NCBI GenBank assembly: GCA_963664225.1 | Contig: OY760937.1 | Coordinates: forward strand, 1,599,236-1,663,235 | Reading direction: 5' to 3' | Source: Verrucomicrobiia bacterium | GTDB taxonomy: Bacteria; Verrucomicrobiota; Verrucomicrobiia; Limisphaerales; UBA1319 | DNA length: 64,000 nt | Part shown: one piece after another, positions 58,116-64,000 of the stretch | How the letters are laid out: every line of letters starts with the position of its first letter | Position numbering within the stretch: the stretch's first letter is position 1 | Notes under the pieces: generated by a model | What the model was told of the DNA's origin: nothing | Seen by the model: only the letters and a program-made list of their open reading frames with translations | Database searches by the model: none | Translations under genes and position numbers: made by a program

Positions 58116-58148
58116 AAGGGAATGACGTTCAAAGCATTCCCTTTTTTT
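58116..58148 (+). terminator. rho-independent terminator
   Basis: Stem AAGGGAATG/CATTCCCTT with a 10-nt loop, followed by TTTTT. Confidence 0.75.
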
Positions 58149-58224
58149 CTGCGGTTAAGTAGAGTAGGCGAAATGGACGGATTGAATGGCCGTGGCCAAT
58201 GACCGTCGCATTTCGCCCCTCATC

Positions 58225-58257
58225 GAACCGGACAGGCGGTTTTCCCGCATCCGGCTC
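58225..58257 (-). ncRNA. group II intron domain V
   Basis: GAGCCGGAUGCGGGAAAACCGCCUGUCCGGUUC has the AGC triad, a 2-nt bulge and a terminal loop. It lies ~30 nt after the RT stop. Confidence 0.85.
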
Positions 58258-58288
58258 TCCGGGGATCATACGTTGCATCGCTTCGACG

Positions 58289-59617
58289 TCATCGTTTCCA
58301 TGCCGCATATTCCGGCATTTGGTATAAACCATAACGCTCATAGAGATCCTCCTTGGGGTATGTGGACCATTGCGCCCGACTACATCCGTGTTTGCGCCAC
58401 AACCATCGTTGTAACTTGCTGCTGACGTATTCGTTCATCTGGCCCATCACCTTGGTGCTGTTCCCGTAGTGAAAGTAACCCTTCCAACCTTTGAGTTTCT
58501 TGTTGAGCTCGGGAATCACCTCTCCGATATCACGCCATAGCGTGCTTCGGTTGAGTTTCTCCCGAATCCCGTCTCGAAACTTCTTCTGGCTCTTGGGATG
58601 GGGTTCCACATGCGGATATTTCCATTTCCCCTTCCCCTGTCGCATTGTTAGCGCGAATCCCAAGAATTTGATGCCATCCTGGCGGAGGTCCACCAAGCGG
58701 GTCTTCTTCTCGTTGAGCACTAACTCGCGTTGCTTCAGCCATCGTTCCAGTCGTTCCATCAGTTCCCGTCCCTGCCCCGGCTGTCCGAGTATCACGAAAT
58801 CATCCGCGTATCTCACCATCACGGGTTTGAGTTCGCAGCGTTCGTTGACTTCCCAATCCAACTGGTTGAGGTATGCATTGGCTAAAATCGGCGATACAAC
58901 CCCGCCTTGCGGAGTCCCCCGTCGATTCTGACCTTGCCCCCCCTTTGTCCCGCCTTTCCCTGTGTCGCTTTGCGGTTCATTCACGGGCGCGCGCAGCCAT
59001 CCTGCGATCAGCTTGAGAATTGTTCCATCGCTGACCCGCTTGGCCACTATGCGCAACAAACGCCTGTGGGGAATGCTGTCAAAATACCCGCTTAAGTCCG
59101 CGTCTATAACTTCGACGCGTCCTGTCAGCGTAGCCTTCTTGATCGCCTCCATTGCTTGGTGGGCATTGCGTTTGGGATGATAGGCGTAACTGTTCGGATG
59201 ACTATCGGCTTCCAGAATCGGCAGCAATACAATCACCACCGCTGTCTGCACCACCCGGTCTTTCACTGTCGGGATGCCCAGGGGTCGCAGCTTCCCGTCT
59301 CCTTTTGGTATATACACACGCTTCACCGGGCTTGGCCGATACTTCTTCGTGCGTAACTCCTCCAGCAGTTGGTTCCGCCATTGGTCCCAGGCTTCGTCGC
59401 TGGCAAGATAGACGTCGCATGTCTGCCCGTCGATCCCAGCCGCGCCATTGTTGTGCGCCACGGAGGCCATTGCCGTTTCCAGCACGTCCTTCCGCAGCAG
59501 TTCTCCGTAGAGGCTGTAAAACCGATACTTCGGCTCAGCCTTGGCTTTGCAATATAGCGCTCGCTGCAGCTTTTGAACTTTTATCGGGGTTGTTATCCGT
59601 TGAAAAAGTGTTTCCAC
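58289..59617 (-). CDS. group II intron reverse transcriptase/maturase (no obvious HNH endonuclease domain)
   Basis: NNGAAGIDGQT, LRPLGIPTVKDRVVQTAV, SYAYHPKRNAHQA, GTPQGGVVSPILAN and RYADDFVILG, plus the maturase region. The track ORF is open to 59974, but those codons overlap intron domains I-III. A GTG at 59617 is a plausible start. Confidence 0.85.
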   Translation of the reverse strand: METLFQRITTPIKVQKLQRALYCKAKAEPKYRFYSLYGELLRKDVLETAMASVAHNNGAAGIDGQTCDVYLASDEAWDQWRNQLLEELRTKKYRPSPVKRVYIPKGDGKLRPLGIPTVKDRVVQTAVVIVLLPILEADSHPNSYAYHPKRNAHQAMEAIKKATLTGRVEVIDADLSGYFDSIPHRRLLRIVAKRVSDGTILKLIAGWLRAPVNEPQSDTGKGGTKGGQGQNRRGTPQGGVVSPILANAYLNQLDWEVNERCELKPVMVRYADDFVILGQPGQGRELMERLERWLKQRELVLNEKKTRLVDLRQDGIKFLGFALTMRQGKGKWKYPHVEPHPKSQKKFRDGIREKLNRSTLWRDIGEVIPELNKKLKGWKGYFHYGNSTKVMGQMNEYVSSKLQRWLWRKHGCSRAQWSTYPKEDLYERYGLYQMPEYAAWKR

Positions 59618-60133
59618 TCCCTCAAGGCCATCTCCCTGTCCCTCGCTGTTTTGATTCGCTTCGATCCAAGTGCCTTCCCTTGGCTCCGCCGGGGTTTTGG
59701 TCGCCCCAGCTTCTTCGCTACTATGGAAGACTCCGACTTCTCTGGCTGCCCGTGCGGCCTCGGAGGGTGTTCCTCCTTGCACCGGCGGTTGAGGCTTTAT
59801 CGCCCCGCCTCCAGAGATCTCCCAGCTTACCTTGGTTTCCCTTCCTGTCGTGTCGCCCTCGCTGACTCCGCCGGAATCAACAGCGCCCATTTGACGATTT
59901 GATGACGCCGCGTTTCTGCCTTCGCCGTTCGGGTAGCGGCTCGGCTTACCGGTTATTTCGGTTTCGGAGCTCATTTGATGAGGTTTACTTTCGTTACGAC
60001 CCGACAGTTCTTTCAGCGTCCCGCTTGTGGTTCGGCCTCACGGCCTCGTCCCGGACGCTGCATTTCGGTCGTGAACCGTCTAATTCGACCGGCGGGACTT
60101 TCACCCACGAGGCTACCAATTTCACTGGCGCAC

Positions 60134-60297
60134 ACCCGAAATCCGAAATAAGAATGGTCAAGATGATACAATGCTTTGAGACAGCCATGATTTGCAATCG
60201 GCGAAGGTGTATTAAATCAATACTCCACAGCCGGTTTTAAACCATGGATGGCCAAATGATTGCGTCAGATGGGCCGTTCCTATTTCGGATTTCGGGT
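60134..60297. repeat. 164-bp element bounded by 24-bp imperfect inverted repeats (MITE-like or long hairpin), abutting the intron 5' end
   Basis: The left arm acccgaaatccgaaataagaatgg (60134-60157) is the reverse complement of the right arm ccgttcctatttcggatttcgggt (60274-60297) at 22/24 positions. Confidence 0.7.
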
Positions 60298-60339
60298 TAA
60301 ATCCAATCCAATTAGTGATCAGCGGTTTTGTTCCTTCAT

Positions 60340-60790
60340 TCGCAAAACCCACGCGGTGGCCACCTCCCAAACCATCCAATCGCTCCAGAACCGTCCAATA
60401 CTCCTCCCTCTCCATCGCCAGATGGAGAAGGGCGGGACGAGAATTCCCCGAACCGAAAAGATCGCGCATTGAACCCCTGAACCAGGTATTTATGCATGTT
60501 GCTTGTAATGGAAGACATCGCACTTTTGGGTTCATGGGTAGGGCGTGCGTCAATAAGTTTTCCATTTCGCATATTTCGTGGTTAATTTCCTTTTTTCTTT
60601 TCTTGTCAATCATCCATTCTCCACTCGCCAACCCCACGCGGCGGCACCTCCAAACCACCCACTTGGTCATATGTCAATTGTCCCCTCGCCAACACGGTGC
60701 GGCCGTATCCTCCAAACCGTGCAAAAAAACCAGGACTCGCAATACTCCTCCCTCTCCGCTTTGGGGAGAGGGACGGGGTGAGGTGGCTTT
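60340..60790. repeat. cluster of short dispersed/REP-like repeats and GC hairpins
   Basis: Three copies of ..ccacgcggYggc(c)acctcc(c)aaacc.. at ~60348, ~60632 and ~60690. Two copies of caatactcctccctctcc + hairpin (ctctccatcgccagatggagaag at ~60410; cctctccgctttggggagagg at ~60745). Confidence 0.6.
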
Positions 60791-60905
60791 TCGTATCCCA
60801 TCATTCGCATCCAGGGTGTTCGTTTTTTCGATGCCTCAATTGTCCATTTTCTCCCTCATCCGTGCCATCCGTGATAACAGTGGTTAAAAATCCTGCTCAT
60901 CCTGC

Positions 60906-61223
60906 TTATCCATGTTGATATTTCTTCACCCACTTCTTTCCATGTAACTTGTAATGAAAGACATCCCACTTTGGGTTCATGGGGAGGGCGGTCGTCCTTT
61001 CGTATCTGACTTTTGCCAGACCCTCAATCGGCGCCCGGCCATTCCCGAAACTCTTGCTATCTTTGTTTCGTATATACTCACATGCCTGTTTTAAGGACTT
61101 TTTCGCTTGCCGAAGGTTTTTGTCATGCACCCAAAATGTCCTTCGCCTCGGAATATTGATTGCCAGTTTCGCCAAATCGTTCCAACCTTGCTGAATGCGA
61201 ACAGTGACTTCGACGTCGGCCAT
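60906..61223 (-). CDS. hypothetical protein (weak call)
   Basis: MADVEVTVRIQQGWNDL...PMNPKWDVFHYKLHGKKWVKKYQHG. The ATG at 61223 is divergent from panC. A ~45-nt piece of its 3' end is repeated at ~60500, so it may be a repeat-derived or decaying ORF. Confidence 0.3.
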   Translation of the reverse strand: MADVEVTVRIQQGWNDLAKLAINIPRRRTFWVHDKNLRQAKKSLKQACEYIRNKDSKSFGNGRAPIEGLAKVRYERTTALPMNPKWDVFHYKLHGKKWVKKYQHG

Positions 61224-62064
61224 GCAAAAACTGGCCTTGGGTTGGAAACGCGCGGGACGCCGCATCGGCTTTGTGCCGACCATGGGTTATTTGCACGCCG
61301 GTCACATCAGCCTCGTGGAAAAAGCCCGCCAGAAGGTGGGCCCGGATGGGATCGTCGTCGTAAGCATTTACGTCAATCCCACCCAATTCTCCCCGCAGGA
61401 GGACCTGGCCAAGTACCCCCGGGACCTGGCGCGCGACCAAAAACTCTGCCGTGCCGCCGGAACGGACCTCATTTTCGCTCCCGCCAATGACCAGATGTAT
61501 CCACCGGTTGGTCGGGTGCCCTACAGCACCTATGTGGCCGAGGAATTCTTATCCCAGGTCATGGAAGGCAAGGCCCGTCCGGTGCATTTCCGGGGAGTAA
61601 CCACGGTCGTGGCCAAACTATTCAACATCGTCCTGCCGGATGTGGCCGTCTTTGGGGCCAAGGATTATCAACAGGCGGCCATTATTACGAAAATGGTCCG
61701 CGACCTGAATTTCCCCATCCAGATCATCGTCGCCCCCACCTTGCGGGAACCCGACGGTCTGGCCATGAGTTCGCGCAATAAATACCTGTCCCCGTCCGAA
61801 AGATCCCAGGCCCTTTCCCTGTCCCAGGCCTTGCAACAGGCCCGCGCCGCAGTCCTTAAATCCCCGGCTGGCATTCCTGTGGAGCGCCTTCGAAAGCATC
61901 TGCTTGCCGATTTCGCCAGACACCCCGCCGCCCGCGTCGATTACATCGAATTCTTCGATCCCGAAACCCTGCAACCCGCCCGCAGCATCCGAAAAGGTGT
62001 TCACATGGCCATGGCGGTGTATATTGGCAAAACGCGCCTGATCGACAACGGCACACTCGCCTGA
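61195..62064 (+). CDS. panC: pantoate--beta-alanine ligase
   Basis: IGFVPTMGYLHAGHISLV, FGAKDYQQ and the SSRN motif (LAMSSRNKYL). Confidence 0.93.
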   Translation: MRTVTSTSAMQKLALGWKRAGRRIGFVPTMGYLHAGHISLVEKARQKVGPDGIVVVSIYVNPTQFSPQEDLAKYPRDLARDQKLCRAAGTDLIFAPANDQMYPPVGRVPYSTYVAEEFLSQVMEGKARPVHFRGVTTVVAKLFNIVLPDVAVFGAKDYQQAAIITKMVRDLNFPIQIIVAPTLREPDGLAMSSRNKYLSPSERSQALSLSQALQQARAAVLKSPAGIPVERLRKHLLADFARHPAARVDYIEFFDPETLQPARSIRKGVHMAMAVYIGKTRLIDNGTLA

Positions 62065-62076
62065 CAAAGCAACATT

Positions 62077-63693
62077 ATGGAAAACAACACAAAGAAATAT
62101 GATTTTGTGGTCGTTGGCAGCGGTATTGCCGGGTTGATCTACGCCATCAATGTCTCCAGCCATGGCCGGGTGGCCATCGTCACCAAAAAGCAAAAGGCCG
62201 AATCCAACACCAACTACGCCCAGGGCGGCATCGCCTCCGTCACCGCCAGCGACGACTCCTTCGAAATGCACGTCCGTGACACGCTCACGGCTGGCGCGGG
62301 TCTCTGCAAGGAGGCAACCGTTCGCACCATTGTCGAGGAAGGCCCGGCGCGCATCGCCGAACTCATCGAATTGGGCATGAAGTTCACGGAGCGCGAAGTC
62401 GCCAGCAACGGCGTTACGGAACTGGACCTGGGCCGCGAAGGCGGCCATTCCCGCCGCCGCATCCTCCACGCCAGGGACATGACCGGCCGCGCCGTGGAAA
62501 CCGCCCTTCTCGCCGCCGCCGCCGCCCGCCCGAGCATCGAGATTTTCGAGGAACATTGCGCCATCGACCTGATCACCTCCCAAAAACTGGGCCACTTCGG
62601 TCCGAACCGGTGCCTGGGACTTTACGTTCTCGACGTGAACAACAACAAGGTGGAAACCTTTTCCACGCCCGTCGTGGTTCTGGCCACCGGCGGTTGTGGC
62701 AAAGTCTATCTCTACACCACAAACCCCGACATCGCCGCCGGGGATGGCGTGGCCATGGCCTACCGCGCGGGCGCGCCCGTGGCAAACATGGAATTCATCC
62801 AATTCCATCCCACCTGCCTCTACCATCCGCGGGCCAAGTCCTTTCTCATCAGCGAGGCCGTCCGCGGCGAAGGCGCCATTCTCAAGACTTTTTCCGGTCA
62901 GGAATTCATGGACGCCGTTCACCCGTTAAAATCCCTGGCCCCGCGCGATATCGTGGCCCGGGCCATCGACACGGAAATGAAGCGCAGCGGCTCAGACCAT
63001 GTCTATCTCGACATCACGCACAAGCCCGCCCGGTTCATCATGGATCGCTTCCCGAATATCTATGAGACCTGCATGAAATACGGCATCGACATGACCAAGG
63101 AAATGATCCCGGTCGTGCCCGCCGCCCATTACCAGTCCGGCGGCGTCGTCACCAACGTCGATGGGGAAACCGATATCGTCGGCCTTTACGCCGTGGGCGA
63201 AGTCGCCTGCACCGGCCTCCATGGGGCCAATCGTCTCGCCAGCAACTCCCTGCTCGAGGCCCTCGTTTGCGCGCATCGCGCCTCGGTAAAAGCCGTCGCG
63301 GCCGCCTTGCCGCCCGTGGATGTCGCCCTGCCCCCGTGGCAGTCCGGCAGCGCCCACAACCCGGATGAACTCGTCGTGGTATCCCATAACTGGGACGAAA
63401 TCCGCCGCCTTATGTGGGACTACGTCGGCATCGTTCGCACCAACAAACGGCTGCAGCGGGCCCACAAACGCATCGAAAACATCCTCGCGGAAATCCAGGA
63501 ATACTACTGGGACTTCACCGTCACCCGCGATCTGCTCGAATTGCGCAACATCGCCACCGTGGCCGACCTCATCATCACCTCCGCCTCCATGCGCCCGGAA
63601 AGCCGCGGCCTGCATTACAACCTCGACTATCCCAACCAGAATCCCGAATGGGCCCAACGCGACACAATCATCCGCAAGCCCCCGCCGCGCTGA
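62077..63693 (+). CDS. nadB: L-aspartate oxidase
   Basis: YDFVVVGSGIAGL, NTNYAQGGIA, FHPT and GLYAVGEVACTGLHGANRLASNSLLE. Confidence 0.93.
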   Translation: MENNTKKYDFVVVGSGIAGLIYAINVSSHGRVAIVTKKQKAESNTNYAQGGIASVTASDDSFEMHVRDTLTAGAGLCKEATVRTIVEEGPARIAELIELGMKFTEREVASNGVTELDLGREGGHSRRRILHARDMTGRAVETALLAAAAARPSIEIFEEHCAIDLITSQKLGHFGPNRCLGLYVLDVNNNKVETFSTPVVVLATGGCGKVYLYTTNPDIAAGDGVAMAYRAGAPVANMEFIQFHPTCLYHPRAKSFLISEAVRGEGAILKTFSGQEFMDAVHPLKSLAPRDIVARAIDTEMKRSGSDHVYLDITHKPARFIMDRFPNIYETCMKYGIDMTKEMIPVVPAAHYQSGGVVTNVDGETDIVGLYAVGEVACTGLHGANRLASNSLLEALVCAHRASVKAVAAALPPVDVALPPWQSGSAHNPDELVVVSHNWDEIRRLMWDYVGIVRTNKRLQRAHKRIENILAEIQEYYWDFTVTRDLLELRNIATVADLIITSASMRPESRGLHYNLDYPNQNPEWAQRDTIIRKPPPR

Positions 63694-63800
63694 GCCATCC
63701 CATGGACGCATGCTGAAGCTCAGACCTTGGTTCAACTCTGAATCCATTGACTATGAATGACTGCCTGAACCAAACCGATCACACAGTTTTCTTTACAAAA

Positions 63801-63932
63801 CCTGTTTCGGTAATCCTGTCATCCTGCCATCCTGTCAAAAAATCATCCTTACCGCACATGCTCCGCCCTGTTTCGGTCATCCTGCCATCCTGTCATCCTG
63901 TCAAAAAATCATCCTTGCCGCACTTCCTCCGC
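63801..63932 (+). repeat. two tandem 66-bp units rich in the CATCCTG(T/C)C heptamer
   Basis: cctgtttcggtaatcctgtcatcctgccatcctgtcaaaaaatcatccttaccgcacatgctccgc is repeated starting at 63867 with a few substitutions. Confidence 0.85.
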
Positions 63933-63941
63933 ACCGTGTCG

Positions 63942-64000
63942 ATGCTGTTCGTTTTGCTGTTGGCGCTCTCAATGCCGGGTTGCAAAAGCAGCCAGGGTCT
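63942..64000 (+). CDS. N-terminus of a probable lipoprotein (continues beyond window)
   Basis: MLFVLLLALSMPGCKSSQG has a lipobox-like LSMPGC. Truncated by the window edge. Confidence 0.4.
   Translation, partial: MLFVLLLALSMPGCKSSQG

Larger units (their letters stand above)
58159..60133 (-). mobile_element. group II intron (about 1975 nt) with intron-encoded RT/maturase
   Basis: 5' end GUGCGCC at 60133, domain V at 58257..58225, and a DVI-like helix with bulged A ending ..CUAC at 58159. The RT ORF sits in domain IV. Confidence 0.85.

Noticed and set aside
58116-58148. Terminator hairpin beside the intron, considered as the classical class C intron target (insertion just downstream of a terminator).
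   Set aside because: In the intron's own orientation this terminator lies in the 3' exon, not upstream of the insertion point. The relevant upstream stem-loop is the inverted-repeat element at 60134..60297 instead.
58289-59974. Reverse transcriptase next to a hypervariable-looking LRR gene, considered as a diversity-generating retroelement or retron.
   Set aside because: The RT is flanked by a canonical group II intron 5' end and domains V/VI, and has a maturase region. The LRR unit differences are not adenine-specific, and no template/variable repeat pair was seen.
61618-62922. A 434-aa minus-strand ORF.
   Set aside because: It is antisense to the well-supported panC and nadB genes and has no recognisable motifs.

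Overview
This is a 64-kb chromosomal window from a GC-rich bacterium. Its protein repertoire looks like a PVC-group, Verrucomicrobia-like organism: prepilin-type/DUF1559-like proteins, delta-60 repeats, membrane-tethered ECF sigma fusions and a giant BspA-type LRR protein. That taxon call is inferred from motifs only; no database search was run.

(1) 1..~12625 is the right-hand part of an integrated mobile element. It carries two T4CP/HerA-like ATPases, a replication-relaxation protein, a primase, ArdC, RadC, XRE regulators and a large serine recombinase. The element has split comM/yifB inside the conserved AAMNP|CPCG motif.

(2) 13.5-19.3 kb holds two extra partial copies of the comM promoter/5' end. 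They bracket two single-gene cargo segments: a 966-aa sigma/anti-sigma/pilin-like chimeric ORF and a GH43 hydrolase. This looks like repeated integration at the comM 5' end, with no integrase present.

(3) 19.3-51.6 kb is mostly ordinary chromosome:
- Rh-type ammonium transporter
- AT-richer islet with a DUF262-HNH nuclease
- second single-chain ECF sigma fusion
- B12-radical SAM enzyme
- oxidative-stress cluster (bfr, sod, haloperoxidase-like, nitroreductase, ohr remnant)
- cydAB, asd, floA-nfeD, panE, eno

(4) 52-57 kb is a 1660-aa LRR protein containing six near-identical 69-bp tandem units.

(5) 58.2-60.1 kb is a complete group II intron on the minus strand, inserted at the edge of an inverted-repeat element. 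A repeat-rich intergenic stretch follows, then panC and nadB.

The best candidates for something new are the comM 5'-fragment cassette array and the operon of two membrane proteins plus a T4CP-like ATPase with a nuclease-like tail inside the mobile element. All family assignments come from motif recognition by eye and need HMM or structure confirmation.
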